DNA of 64,000 nucleotides from an uncultured virus (IMG/VR IMGVR_UViG_3300002092_000043) (lineage: Duplodnaviria > Heunggongvirae > Uroviricota > Caudoviricetes): IMG/VR virus record IMGVR_UViG_3300002092_000043, positions 1-64,000 of that record, one strand, 5' to 3'. The stretch's first letter is position 1. Every line of letters begins with the position of its first letter. The notes beneath the pieces were generated by a model, which was not told the DNA's origin, did no database searches, and saw only the letters and a program-made list of their open reading frames with translations. Of the stretch, positions 26,614 to 36,587 are shown one piece after another. Position numbers and translations under genes: made by a program.

Positions 26614-26915
26614 AGCACTTCTATCTTGGCGTACTTAATAACAAATTCTCTAAACTTTGCTGCATCTGAGTTTGCTTCAAGAGCCATTTCTTCGGGTATC
26701 TCGTTAGGAACTAAAATTGAATAATGACCTGTGAGTTTTATCTTTTCGTTTACAAACTGAATATGTTTGCAAGAGTCTTTCTTTAAAAAGACAGGACAGG
26801 TACAACGAGTTTCTTTTGTATCTGTCTCTACTTCAACCTCAAAAATACCCATGCCTTGGGCAGAGATAAACTGCTGAACGGTTCTCCAAGCAGAACTCAT
26901 TTGAGGTCCTTTCAC
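26610..26915 (-). CDS. SWIM zinc-finger protein
   Basis: CTCP..CKHI. Confidence 0.8.
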   Translation of the reverse strand: MKGPQMSSAWRTVQQFISAQGMGIFEVEVETDTKETRCTCPVFLKKDSCKHIQFVNEKIKLTGHYSILVPNEIPEEMALEANSDAAKFREFVIKYAKIEVL

Positions 26916-27634
26916 TGTGCACCACGAAGGTCTGCACCAAGTATAGGAACTCTTACGAATGCTTCATTGGCGAAACTACCCATTGCTTCTCCGTATTTTG
27001 CCTCCCAATCTTCTAGACGAACATTGGTAGTAACAATTGTTGGTAAACCTTTGTCATAACGAAGTCTGAGGATTTCATCAAAAGAAGTATCGTCATACTT
27101 AGAGCCATATTCTTTTCCTAAATCATCAATGACCAGAATACGGACATTGAGCCAATCAAACTTAGAACGACCGTGCAACCCGTCAATCTCGTAATTCATC
27201 TCACGCTTATCTTCGCCATCGGCATCAAATGTTGACTTCTTGCGAGAAAGAAACTCCGGGTAAGTCATGTAATAAATAGGGCGCAACCTAATGCCGTAGT
27301 CAGATGGGTTGACTTGTAGAAGGCGTGCAGCCTTCCCATCTTCGTCAGAGAGGCGACGGATTACCTCCATGGCAGCGACTACGGCATGAGTTGTTTTCCC
27401 TATCCCAGGACCGCCATCAAAGACTAGGCCAACGCCATTGACTCCGATGTTTCCAATTTGCTTTACAACGTGACCGTTCACCACATCATCAATCCAGTTA
27501 CTCACCTCATCAGGAAAAGAACCAGCACGGTCAATAATGTCCTGCGGTTCCAAACCAATGAAACGGTGTGGGATATTTGAGTTACGAAGAAGCCAGTGCT
27601 TCTTCAGTGGTGGTAAAGAGTTTACGTCGTACAT
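26912..27634 (-). CDS. DnaC/IstB-like AAA+ helicase loader
   Basis: GGPGIGKT, LVIDDLGKE, R....PTIVTTN. Confidence 0.88.
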   Translation of the reverse strand: MYDVNSLPPLKKHWLLRNSNIPHRFIGLEPQDIIDRAGSFPDEVSNWIDDVVNGHVVKQIGNIGVNGVGLVFDGGPGIGKTTHAVVAAMEVIRRLSDEDGKAARLLQVNPSDYGIRLRPIYYMTYPEFLSRKKSTFDADGEDKREMNYEIDGLHGRSKFDWLNVRILVIDDLGKEYGSKYDDTSFDEILRLRYDKGLPTIVTTNVRLEDWEAKYGEAMGSFANEAFVRVPILGADLRGAQ

Positions 27635-27650
27635 TAGCCCTCGCTATTTG

Positions 27651-27806
27651 TTAGTTATCGTCTTCAAATTCGTACTCATAGACACCGCCGTAGCGAAGTC
27701 CAACATTAGTAAATACAGAACCAATCAACAACATGACATCGCCAAAGAAACGAAGTACACGATTGTTAGTTGGGTACGTGAGAAGTTCTTGGTCCATCTT
27801 CGGCAT
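27651..27806 (-). CDS. 51-aa hypothetical protein (not in ORF track)
   Basis: MPKMDQELLTYP..; TAATG-coupled. Confidence 0.55.
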   Translation of the reverse strand: MPKMDQELLTYPTNNRVLRFFGDVMLLIGSVFTNVGLRYGGVYEYEFEDDN

Positions 27807-28114
27807 TATGCATCCACCTTGTACTCAAGAACTCCGCCAAACGCTACTGGCTTATCAGTTGTCTTATCCACCTTTGTTGCTTCCATCTTTACAGACTTAC
27901 GAGGTGTGTGCTTCAAGACCATTGACTTTACCCAACGCTTTGCTGCAGATGCATTCTTCCAAGAAGAATATTCGCTAACACCTTCTGCTGGTTGAATTGA
28001 GTTAATGCTAGTTCCTGCTTCCTTTTGAACGCTAACGATTGCTAACCAACCGCCGCCTTTCTCAGGGTTTAGTTCAATAGTTGCAAAGAATTTTGCTGCT
28101 ACTTTTTTTGCCAT
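27806..28114 (-). CDS. Hypothetical protein
   Basis: 102 aa; AGGAGG upstream. Confidence 0.75.
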   Translation of the reverse strand: MAKKVAAKFFATIELNPEKGGGWLAIVSVQKEAGTSINSIQPAEGVSEYSSWKNASAAKRWVKSMVLKHTPRKSVKMEATKVDKTTDKPVAFGGVLEYKVDA

Positions 28115-28194
28115 TTTTTTATTCCTCCTAGGATTAGGTTTGTTCCCATTAGTGTTCCAATGATTACCATTAAATAACCAATAATTGTTTTCAT
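28099..28194 (-). CDS. 31-aa single-TM peptide (not in ORF track)
   Basis: MKTIIGYLMVIIGTLMGTNLILGGIKKWQKK; ATGA-coupled. Confidence 0.5.
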   Translation of the reverse strand: MKTIIGYLMVIIGTLMGTNLILGGIKKWQKK

Positions 28195-28337
28195 TGTTTG
28201 TCCTTCCATTTTTCTATCATCTGTGCTCCTTCTTCAGTTATCTCAAACCGTGGTTCAAGTTTTTCATCGTAGGTAACATTGATAGCGCCTTTTTCAAACA
28301 AACTCATTAACGCTTCTGTTAACTCATCGTTTGTCAC
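28191..28337 (-). CDS. 48-aa hypothetical protein (not in ORF track)
   Basis: MTNDELTEALMSLFEKG..ITEEG; GAGG before GTG. Confidence 0.55.
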   Translation of the reverse strand: MTNDELTEALMSLFEKGAINVTYDEKLEPRFEITEEGAQMIEKWKDKQ

Positions 28338-29283
28338 TGAGCCTCTTCTCGTGACGCTCTAGTTGTGCACGACCAGATAGTGAATTCTGGAAAGTACGTC
28401 CGTCACTTGCAGTCAGCCTAGCAGATGTTGGGGTTGTGTCGAATTTCGCAGTCACCTTGGCAAGACCGAGGTTCTCTCGTGCCTGATTCATCTTCTTTCC
28501 AAAAGAAGATAGGAACATTTTGTATAGAAACGGTGCTTCATCGCCAATGTTCTTGAAATTACTTTCATCCGCCATGAATATACGGAGCAACTCTAGTTCG
28601 ATGAGAGGTGTTGTCTCGTATTGCTTTCTGAATTTGGCAAGTGCTCCTGAGAGTGTCTTGACGTTGACTGTGCCTGGGAGTAGAGGGTACTTACGCCCGA
28701 CTTGATAACTAAATTCCGCAGCGACGTCCATAGGCGTCCACTCGTGCTCTGGTCGTCGCCCACGTGTCTTAGGGTCGGACTTACGTATCTTGGACTGTGG
28801 GGCATCTTTGGGTTCAACGAGTCCAAAGCCTGCCAAATCGTCTCCATCATCTTCGTATTTTCTCATAGGGACCTGTATTTCTTTGAGTTGAATCTTTGAT
28901 TCAGAATCTTTTAATTTATAACTAGATTGGCTATTAGGTACTAATGGCTTATTGGCTATATGGCTACTGTAACTATTAGTCACGTAGTCACCTGTTGTGC
29001 GGACATTAGCGTCCCAATGGGCCTGGACACAAATGTCCACACGGTCAATGCCCCTCATGCCGCCAGCCTTCTTGGTTTCTGTGCGGGTAATGAAGCCAGC
29101 ATCTTCCAAGGCTTTAAGGCCTCTACGGACTGTCTTCTCGTGGACGTTGCCTGTCTGTGTACCCAAGTCGGCTGCTGAGGCCTGTACGTGGCTCCTACGC
29201 CCTGCTAAGTGGCATAAAACGGCTAGGAGTCGGAACTGGAAATCAGTCAGATTGGCTGAGTAGGCTTGAACGGGTATTTGCAC
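28324..29283 (-). CDS. Replication initiator-like protein, N-terminal winged HTH
   Basis: FRLL..L..EKTVRRGLKALEDAGFI; low-complexity linker; upstream of loader/helicase/primase. Confidence 0.7.
   Translation of the reverse strand: MQIPVQAYSANLTDFQFRLLAVLCHLAGRRSHVQASAADLGTQTGNVHEKTVRRGLKALEDAGFITRTETKKAGGMRGIDRVDICVQAHWDANVRTTGDYVTNSYSSHIANKPLVPNSQSSYKLKDSESKIQLKEIQVPMRKYEDDGDDLAGFGLVEPKDAPQSKIRKSDPKTRGRRPEHEWTPMDVAAEFSYQVGRKYPLLPGTVNVKTLSGALAKFRKQYETTPLIELELLRIFMADESNFKNIGDEAPFLYKMFLSSFGKKMNQARENLGLAKVTAKFDTTPTSARLTASDGRTFQNSLSGRAQLERHEKRLSDKR
28890..29040. promoter_or_regulatory. Putative replication origin inside the initiator gene
   Basis: Two GGACA-n5-GTCC dyads (29001-29014, 29025-29038), four TGGCT direct repeats (28928-28965), AT-rich tract ~28895-28925. 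Confidence 0.5.
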
Positions 29284-29292
29284 GCTTGTATC

Positions 29293-29886
29293 TTACTCGT
29301 CATCCTTGAAAGGGGAAATGTTTTTTTTGGTCTCTGTGTCCAAAAGGTGCTCGGCTACTGCTTCACTTAGAGACTCCATAACCGTTTCTGCCACGAATGC
29401 GGCGAGCAAGTCTACAAACATGCCAAGATGCTTAAACATAGCGTCGTGAAGTTCGTTGGCGCTCATGTCCGCAAAATCATCTGGCTCAATCTCCAACACG
29501 TCGAGACCGTCAGTAATGTCCCACGTGTCTAAGGCAAGGTCTTCAACTGTGTGAAGGGCAAAATGTGCCTGCGGTGAATCATCCCAAACAAGAGCAAGTG
29601 CATCACCCATGCTGAGATTAAGAAGAACTTCTTTAACTGGGTTGTCAGTCAGAGTAATATCGCCTGCCTTACCCAAGGTATCGTCAATGCCATCTGCAGT
29701 GATGAAATAGACCTGAGTCTTTACTCCGTGGTCTATGCAGGCTTGCATAACGCTGTTGGTAAACTGTTTATCCCGTTTCAAAATAGGGAGAAGAACAGTT
29801 GTGTTCTCTACTCCGTATTTTTCAAACAGGTCATCCATGCCATCTGTAACATCAATATCTTGGTAAGAAATTACTGCAATTTTCAT
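29293..29886 (-). CDS. Hypothetical acidic protein
   Basis: 197-aa ORF, GAGGG SD. Confidence 0.7.
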   Translation of the reverse strand: MKIAVISYQDIDVTDGMDDLFEKYGVENTTVLLPILKRDKQFTNSVMQACIDHGVKTQVYFITADGIDDTLGKAGDITLTDNPVKEVLLNLSMGDALALVWDDSPQAHFALHTVEDLALDTWDITDGLDVLEIEPDDFADMSANELHDAMFKHLGMFVDLLAAFVAETVMESLSEAVAEHLLDTETKKNISPFKDDE

Positions 29887-29895
29887 AGCGCCCTC

Positions 29896-30159
29896 TTATA
29901 GTCGTGGTAGTCGTGGGGGTAGTATCTGTGCGGGTTTGTTAAGTTGCTTGCCAATAAATAGTGCTACAAAAATTGATGCTGGCACTGCGATGACAAGTGT
30001 TTTGTCCCAATAACCTAGCAGGTAAAACCCGCCAACGCTAAGGGGTAATGTGAGAAACTTATTGAGAGAAGACCGTGAAACAAAGCCAAAATCAACAAGT
30101 TCTAAGATGTAGGTAAGGGCCATGCCCACCATGAGTATTGCAAGAATGTAATCAGCCAT
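29896..30159 (-). CDS. Small membrane protein (holin-like candidate)
   Basis: Three hydrophobic segments in 87 aa. Confidence 0.55.
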   Translation of the reverse strand: MADYILAILMVGMALTYILELVDFGFVSRSSLNKFLTLPLSVGGFYLLGYWDKTLVIAVPASIFVALFIGKQLNKPAQILPPRLPRL

Positions 30160-30168
30160 AGGCTGATA

Positions 30169-32124
30169 CTACACATCTAAGTTTGTATATTCCAATCCTG
30201 CAGGTGTGGTAATTCTCCACCAGGCATTCATTGGTACCCATTCGTTTAGCGTTTGTGCAAGGCGAAGAATTTTAGTTGACTTGTTAGGGTAATACAGGCT
30301 TGTAGAAGCATGTGGTGTTCCTTGCCAAATTGCTCCAACTAACTCTGGCATAGAGCCATCAAAATAATCGCTAGGTGCAAAAGTGTCTTGAGCCATAACC
30401 ATGTCTAAATACAGCGTTCCAGCAGTTCCTTCTAACCTGTATTTTGCATAAGTTGCTGTTGAACCTGATGGGATAAGGGCAGAGATATAACCACGCATCC
30501 ACATGTTTGTCAGCATGTGGGTATCTGAAACCGTGTCAATTAAAACATTTGATGAATCATAAAGGTCTATAAAGGCAGTCATTTGCATCATGTCTGCAGA
30601 TTTCATGTAGTGAGAAACGTTAAAATAAATTCCACTTTCTACAGGGAACATTGAGTTAGAAGACAAAGACCAATTACCAGAAGCAACAAATTTTCCACTG
30701 TATGAACCTGCGTATCCAGCCAAAGGTACATCTGTATCTTGGCTAAATGTTAAACCTGTTAGTGTCCATTCTGAAGCGTTGACTTCAAAGGAAGGATTAA
30801 CAACATAATTCTCCAGTTTTGGAGCAAGGTTTATCGTTGTTACTCGTGCTTCTTCATAATTGTTTAGAGCAATACCTTTTATAACAGAACACATGTCTAC
30901 GTAGTAAACTCCAGATGCTGAGAAAGTAAGTATAATACCCATGTAACTAGCGTCGCTAGGTGCTCCATATTCTAGTTCAATCCTTGACCAAGCGTTTGTA
31001 GCAGAGTTTGGACTTCCAGAAGAAAGGGTACCTACTTGTACCCCGTCTTTATTGTAATAATTAATCGTAATAGTAACGTTACCTGCACTTGTAGGAGATT
31101 TTATATAGCAGGAAAAATCGTAAGGAGTTGAAGGTAGAACTGGTATGCCCATTGTTATAGGGGCATTGTTGCCCAAAGACATTGTCGCTACTCCAACCGA
31201 AGTAACCTTACAGGTGTACTCAGTATCAATAGCATAATCGTTTGTTGGAGGAACCATTTCAGTAGTTGTCAACAAAGTAGCGGTATTTGCAGACCAACTA
31301 CCGGTGTCTTTATAGAAGGTAGAATCTTGAACACTGAGCATTAAGTTGCTAGAAGTCGTTAGTGTTGGTGCAAAACCGGTTAATGATTCAACGTAATCTG
31401 CAATACCTGTTGCTGTTCCCTTATCTGCATAAAGTGGGATTGCTTCACGAATAAGTGCTCTTTGGCGAAGCATAGGTAAATTTGGTTCTGGAGTTAATCC
31501 TAAGTTTAGAGTTTCTCCAGGAATAGTTTTGTAGTTAGAACTTTCCAGATTGTGTGCTGGACGAGCAAGTTTAATTTCTGTCATCATTTGTTCGTACGAA
31601 AAGGCAAGGGCGTCTAAAAACTTGTATAATTGAGAGTCTTCGCTTACTACTCCCAATGGGCTTAAATCAGAACTTGTTAAGACACGTGGTAGTAAATCTA
31701 ATACCTTGTTAGTAGCACCAGTATTTTCTGGAATTACTTCGCTTATTTCTCCTGCTTTAACCCAAACGTTGTCGGATGTGTACAAGAAAACACGGTAAAA
31801 AATATTACGACCAGTATTAATTGCCGTTTGGGTTGGGTTTTCTAGCCCGTCGTAAAATGACGACCTTGTTATCTTTCCCTCAAGAGTTAAACCATCTTCA
31901 GACATTACTTCGTAAATGATGATTCCATCTTCTGCAGTTTCTGGGTAAGCATTTTGGTTACGTACTACCCGAAAACGTGTGAAGTTACCTGTAGGAGATT
32001 GCCAAGAAACTAGAACTTCATAAAACTTAATTACATTGATACCCATAGGTTCAACGGAATACGCAAGTTTAGGTGTTAATCCGTATCTAGATGCACCATA
32101 TACGGAATAGCCGTATTTTGACAT
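30169..32124 (-). CDS. Baseplate wedge/tail protein (P2 gpI-like core) with carbohydrate-binding-like modules
   Basis: LY..KGT..GI..Y..LTG motif; NPSFE beta-sandwich repeats. Confidence 0.7.
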   Translation of the reverse strand: MSKYGYSVYGASRYGLTPKLAYSVEPMGINVIKFYEVLVSWQSPTGNFTRFRVVRNQNAYPETAEDGIIIYEVMSEDGLTLEGKITRSSFYDGLENPTQTAINTGRNIFYRVFLYTSDNVWVKAGEISEVIPENTGATNKVLDLLPRVLTSSDLSPLGVVSEDSQLYKFLDALAFSYEQMMTEIKLARPAHNLESSNYKTIPGETLNLGLTPEPNLPMLRQRALIREAIPLYADKGTATGIADYVESLTGFAPTLTTSSNLMLSVQDSTFYKDTGSWSANTATLLTTTEMVPPTNDYAIDTEYTCKVTSVGVATMSLGNNAPITMGIPVLPSTPYDFSCYIKSPTSAGNVTITINYYNKDGVQVGTLSSGSPNSATNAWSRIELEYGAPSDASYMGIILTFSASGVYYVDMCSVIKGIALNNYEEARVTTINLAPKLENYVVNPSFEVNASEWTLTGLTFSQDTDVPLAGYAGSYSGKFVASGNWSLSSNSMFPVESGIYFNVSHYMKSADMMQMTAFIDLYDSSNVLIDTVSDTHMLTNMWMRGYISALIPSGSTATYAKYRLEGTAGTLYLDMVMAQDTFAPSDYFDGSMPELVGAIWQGTPHASTSLYYPNKSTKILRLAQTLNEWVPMNAWWRITTPAGLEYTNLDV

Positions 32125-32127
32125 TTA

Positions 32128-32805
32128 TTATGCTCCGATAAGTAGGAATGGACTAAACGATTCTCCAGTAGGAATTGCAGCCCATGATGAAGAACTTCCA
32201 TTAGATGTTAAATACTTTCCGTTTGCTCCTGATTGGCTTGGTACAACATAAGCCGTAGAGTCAGTTGCAACAAGAGTCTTAGAACTTGGAATGGTAGTTG
32301 AGTTTATGGTTAACCCATTAACGTTGGTAACAGTTGCTCCAGAACCAATAGATGTAGAGCCAAGAGTAGGTGCTAAGTACGAAGATACAGTTGCCCAAGA
32401 TGCGGTAGAACCGTTTGTCGTTAAGTACTGACCGTTATGGGTTGATTGGCTGGGAAGACCAGTAAATGTTGTCCAAGAAAAATCATAATCAGTACTAGAG
32501 TTTTTAACAAGTACTTGGTTTGCAGTTCCTCCAAGAGGAACTTTTGCTGCCCACGTTGTGTGAAGGCCGTATTCAATGTTAGCAAGTCTATCTTTTAGGC
32601 TATCCCATGTGTAAGAAATAGACGGTTCCGTAAAAGTTCCAGCCCATCCAGAACTAAGGGTTAGGTAAGTGCCAAGAACAGTTTCAATAGAGTTAACTTC
32701 AGCACGAAGGTAGTTGACGTGTTCCGCCAAAATGGTGTCTGTAAAGTTAACAACGTCAGAACCAAAGTTGCGTACTGCACCAGGGTAAAGGGGTGATGTT
32801 GGCAC
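32128..32805 (-). CDS. Tail fibre/minor tail protein
   Basis: Repeated PSQS..NG.YLT.NG...SW; C-terminal PFLLIGA. Confidence 0.7.
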   Translation of the reverse strand: MPTSPLYPGAVRNFGSDVVNFTDTILAEHVNYLRAEVNSIETVLGTYLTLSSGWAGTFTEPSISYTWDSLKDRLANIEYGLHTTWAAKVPLGGTANQVLVKNSSTDYDFSWTTFTGLPSQSTHNGQYLTTNGSTASWATVSSYLAPTLGSTSIGSGATVTNVNGLTINSTTIPSSKTLVATDSTAYVVPSQSGANGKYLTSNGSSSSWAAIPTGESFSPFLLIGA

Positions 32806-32870
32806 TAGGGTTTCCTCTCAATAGCAGGTTCTATTTTCTTAGATTCTGGCTTCATTTACTGCCTCAACTC

Positions 32871-33377
32871 TTATCCATTGCTTCCGTGGGTGTGGCTTGG
32901 GCTAGTTCTTGTAGCCAAAGTGTTGTGCAAAGTGGTTAATTGAGACTCTAATGAGGTTATGCGTGTTTCATGGCTTTTTATTGTTGTCGCCATTGCTATT
33001 AAGGTGTTCATTAAATCAATTTCTGTTGTTCCATCTGCTTGTTTAACTGTTTTAACATATGAAGTTAACCCAGAAATATCCGTTGAATTGGGAAGGGCTT
33101 TGACGTAAAGACGTTTGCTTTTTCCTACATGTTTACCAAAAGAACCAAACCAAACTGGGTACTCATGGTCGGCTGCTTGGAAATGAACCCACACCCCTTG
33201 ACCAATTTCTGGAACTTCAGTGCTGATGTTTGCTGGTTCCATAGGCCATACCCATTCGGTGTAATGACCTACAGACGTAGTTAATTCAACTTGAAGACGG
33301 CGTTGTTTTTTGGGGTCTTGGTTTTTTATAACCGTACCCCTATAAACTCCAGGAAATTCTTGTCGTTTTGTAGACAT
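32871..33377 (-). CDS. Baseplate spike (gp5 OB-fold/gpV-like)
   Basis: GVYRG.V..N.DP...R, VPEIG..VWV.F....YPVW.G; C-terminal HTH (HxH) motif. Confidence 0.85.
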   Translation of the reverse strand: MSTKRQEFPGVYRGTVIKNQDPKKQRRLQVELTTSVGHYTEWVWPMEPANISTEVPEIGQGVWVHFQAADHEYPVWFGSFGKHVGKSKRLYVKALPNSTDISGLTSYVKTVKQADGTTEIDLMNTLIAMATTIKSHETRITSLESQLTTLHNTLATRTSPSHTHGSNG

Positions 33378-33379
33378 TC

Positions 33380-34936
33380 TTATAAAAGTCCAATGCTGAT
33401 GTTTTCTTCTTTGATTCGAAAAATTTCGTTGTCAGCACCGATTAAAGTGTTTAGTCCACTATCAACAACACGGTGTAGTGCTACTAATTTAGCAATTTTT
33501 ATACCAGTAACTTTGTTGTTAAGTGTAGTTTCTACATCTTGTTGATAAATAGTTTGTGCAAAATCATTGTTTACATANCCATAGTCCGTTGTTAATACCG
33601 ACTTAATAGATGCTTCTACTTCTGCTGTTGTGTATTGAGGTTCTTTTGCATATTGAACAGTGAGCAAAACATCTACATAACTAGGAGGTTGAACAGTGAG
33701 TGTACTTCCAATAAGTGTACGAGGAGAAACATAGTTGTAAACATCGTTTGCTAAACTTGTAAATTCACTAGTTGGATTTTGACCATCATCAAGACCAGGC
33801 TGTAAATCTGAGTCTCCAGAGTTTCTAGAAGGTGCTACATACAAAGTTACAGATGTCCATATTTGAGAAGTAGCGTGAGCCTTACCGCAGTTAGTAACGC
33901 CAAGAGCCAAACTTTTAAAATCTTCTAACGTTATTGCACGAGTATTAGCACGAAGAGTTAAAGGTGCTGCATAACGGATTTGAGACAATGTTTCTGGTTC
34001 AGAACCGCCAAGTGCAACAGATGCATTGGTAACTGTGACAATAGATTGCAGTGCAATAACATCGTTGGTTGAAAACCCTGGAACATAATCAATGTTAGTA
34101 AGAACTCCAGCAGTTACGTTTCCTAGTACTCCTCCACCAACAGTGTATAGAACACGAACTTCAGAGAAATTAACTGGAATTGCTCCAGAAACTCCATCAC
34201 CAAAGTTAACAAATAGAACATTGTTTGCATCACTTGTAACGGTAAACACTTGGTCATAAGGATTACTATCAATTAGGTGCTGTACTTGACGCCATTTAGA
34301 ATACGAAGAACCACTTTGAACGTAAACACTAAGAGAACCATCTACAGCAGGAGATTCACCAAGAGAAAAGACTTGATTAGGTGTTCCATCAGATGTTCCA
34401 ACAAGTTCTCCATATGTGTTTGCGTAAGCAGAAACTAACGTAACACTACGACCTTCTTTTGCGGTCATATTTCCAATACCGTTATCAATTGCTGGGTCAA
34501 GGATTACATCTGAATCTGTTGTAAAGTAAACAGTGTTTACTGTATCTCCAGAAATTACATCTCCAGAGATGACTGTACCTGCAGGAATAGTGATTACATC
34601 CGTATCGGATGAGTTAGTGAACGTTAAATCAACAAATGCTTGGCGATAACCAGATGGTATATATCCATAAGCCTGAGCAATGTTTACAACGCTTTCACGT
34701 TGTGTAGCAGTAGAGATAAACGATTCGTTTACATTTCGGTCAATGTAGTACGACATCAGGTCACCCATATACGCAAAGGCTTCTACGAGAGCAAGACCAA
34801 AATCTGCGGGGTTAGTTGCTGCCCAATCAGGGAGTCTGTCTTGAACACGAGAGATTAACTGCTCACGAATAGAGTAGTAATCACGGCTTGTGTAATCTAG
34901 TGGGACTGGCGTGTCGCTTGGAGGGACGATGCTCAT
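33380..34936 (-). CDS. Baseplate J-like wedge protein
   Basis: DYTSRDY, FGDGV.G.IP, GG.EPET..IR, RAIT..D; one ambiguous base at 33578. Confidence 0.9.
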   Translation of the reverse strand: MSIVPPSDTPVPLDYTSRDYYSIREQLISRVQDRLPDWAATNPADFGLALVEAFAYMGDLMSYYIDRNVNESFISTATQRESVVNIAQAYGYIPSGYRQAFVDLTFTNSSDTDVITIPAGTVISGDVISGDTVNTVYFTTDSDVILDPAIDNGIGNMTAKEGRSVTLVSAYANTYGELVGTSDGTPNQVFSLGESPAVDGSLSVYVQSGSSYSKWRQVQHLIDSNPYDQVFTVTSDANNVLFVNFGDGVSGAIPVNFSEVRVLYTVGGGVLGNVTAGVLTNIDYVPGFSTNDVIALQSIVTVTNASVALGGSEPETLSQIRYAAPLTLRANTRAITLEDFKSLALGVTNCGKAHATSQIWTSVTLYVAPSRNSGDSDLQPGLDDGQNPTSEFTSLANDVYNYVSPRTLIGSTLTVQPPSYVDVLLTVQYAKEPQYTTAEVEASIKSVLTTDYXYVNNDFAQTIYQQDVETTLNNKVTGIKIAKLVALHRVVDSGLNTLIGADNEIFRIKEENISIGLL

Positions 34937-35334
34937 AGGTTCTCCTGTACTGATATGTTATTTCCATTGATATAGGCTACAGAAACCACTGTGTCTGTAA
35001 CTTCACCATTTGGAAGACTGTAGGTGATATTTACATGCGTTGTTCCGGAGTACTCGTCAAAAGAAACCTCCACGCTTTGTAGTGATAAAAGGTTTAATTG
35101 CGTAGGAAATGCTCGTTCTATTTCGGAAACAATCAATGACTCTGCGTCATCTTGAGTTTGCATAAAGGCTTCTGGAACAAGGGTTCCAAACTCAGGGTCA
35201 AGTATCCTTTCTTGAAGGTTTGTTCCAATAACAAACCTAACTCTGTCTGACCAAATTTTAGATTGGTCAGTTGTAGAAGAAACGCTTCCGTAAGAGTTCA
35301 AAGAAAAGGGAAGAGTCAGCGCTACTTCAGCCAT
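34933..35334 (-). CDS. gp25/gpW-like baseplate protein
   Basis: GT..ER..PEFG motif. Confidence 0.85.
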   Translation of the reverse strand: MAEVALTLPFSLNSYGSVSSTTDQSKIWSDRVRFVIGTNLQERILDPEFGTLVPEAFMQTQDDAESLIVSEIERAFPTQLNLLSLQSVEVSFDEYSGTTHVNITYSLPNGEVTDTVVSVAYINGNNISVQENL

Positions 35335-36587
35335 TACTTACCTACCCATCTGCTTGGATGTATTGTGTATCCCCCACGTTTTTGGTTTACAAGGGGTTGT
35401 CTAGCCTTAAGTGTAGGGGTTGAAGGGGCTTGTTTTCCTCCTGTAGCCATTTCATATGCAACATCTCTAGTTGGAACAACAGTTGCTTTGTCCTTACGAA
35501 ACCCACCAGATTTGTTTTTGCCTAAACCATCGGACATACATTTAAAGTCAATTGTGTATCTTCCGTCGTAAGTGACAAAATGTTCTGCTTTTGTAACTAC
35601 CCAGAACCCATCAGTGTCGTTTCCGGTACCATTTATCTCAACCGTTTTGTATGGAGAAATACGTGGGTCTCCTTGACCCTTACCCTCCCCACGCATTGAA
35701 AATCTAGACAGATGCGCCATACCTTCCGCAAGTTCTTTAGCCAAAGATTTTGACTCAGCAACAACCGTAGTTATAACTTCTTTAAATAGTGGTTCAGTAA
35801 CGTTTTTACGAAGATTTTTTCCTACACTTGTTGGTTTAGAGGTATAACTATGGCTTTTACCTGTAATTGGGTCAATGCCGTGAATAGTTTTTTCTTTTTT
35901 GTCATTGTTTCCTGACTCAAAAAGGTCTCCAACTTTTGCTTTAAAGTAGTCTAAAGTTTGTGCTTCGAATATAACGCCAGCGTTTACGCTTCCATCGCTG
36001 TAAGACAGCACTGGGATAGTAGACGAAAATTGGTCAATCATTCTGTCAATTCTTTGGAAATAAAGAGTTGTGTTGTTCATTTGTGCGTGGAATCCAATTC
36101 GTCCGGCAAGTTCTTGAATCTTTTCCCATTTTGTTAGGCCAACTAAAGATTGCATAGCAAATCTAACATTGCTTTTATCTACAACTGCTTTTACACCTTG
36201 TTCTTTACAAATTTCTTGAACAATTTCTGGAGCAGTTTTATTTTTCCAAATTTTATTGCCACCTTCTTTTAAAGGAAAGGAAGCACCAATGCCACGTAAA
36301 AGGACGTTGTGCTTTAACGTAGATTGTGTTGTGTTGTCTCCGTTATACACGTAGCCAACCCATTCGTTTTTTGCGTGCTCTGTTTTCCATACCACTTTAA
36401 ACAAAACACCAGTTTTTAAAGCCTTTTGAAAATGTTTATCAAATGATGCAAAAGAAAGTTCTATTACGTCTTGTTTACCTTGTTCTTGAGTTAACCTAAA
36501 CCACTGAGGAACTGCAGTAAAAGTAGGAAAGTCAGGAAACGTAACCGTAAAGGTAGTTCCAAAACGATTCTGTTGCGTGCTATTCAC
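35334..36587 (-). CDS. Baseplate hub (gp27/gpD-like)
   Basis: W.NKT..EIV..I; GDPRI..I.G....G.W.V..AEH; synteny. Confidence 0.75.
   Translation of the reverse strand: MNSTQQNRFGTTFTVTFPDFPTFTAVPQWFRLTQEQGKQDVIELSFASFDKHFQKALKTGVLFKVVWKTEHAKNEWVGYVYNGDNTTQSTLKHNVLLRGIGASFPLKEGGNKIWKNKTAPEIVQEICKEQGVKAVVDKSNVRFAMQSLVGLTKWEKIQELAGRIGFHAQMNNTTLYFQRIDRMIDQFSSTIPVLSYSDGSVNAGVIFEAQTLDYFKAKVGDLFESGNNDKKEKTIHGIDPITGKSHSYTSKPTSVGKNLRKNVTEPLFKEVITTVVAESKSLAKELAEGMAHLSRFSMRGEGKGQGDPRISPYKTVEINGTGNDTDGFWVVTKAEHFVTYDGRYTIDFKCMSDGLGKNKSGGFRKDKATVVPTRDVAYEMATGGKQAPSTPTLKARQPLVNQKRGGYTIHPSRWVGK

Noticed and set aside
33578..33578. Ambiguous base n in the baseplate J gene
   Set aside because: A sequencing/assembly ambiguity; the frame is intact (GGN = Gly), so it is not a pseudogene.
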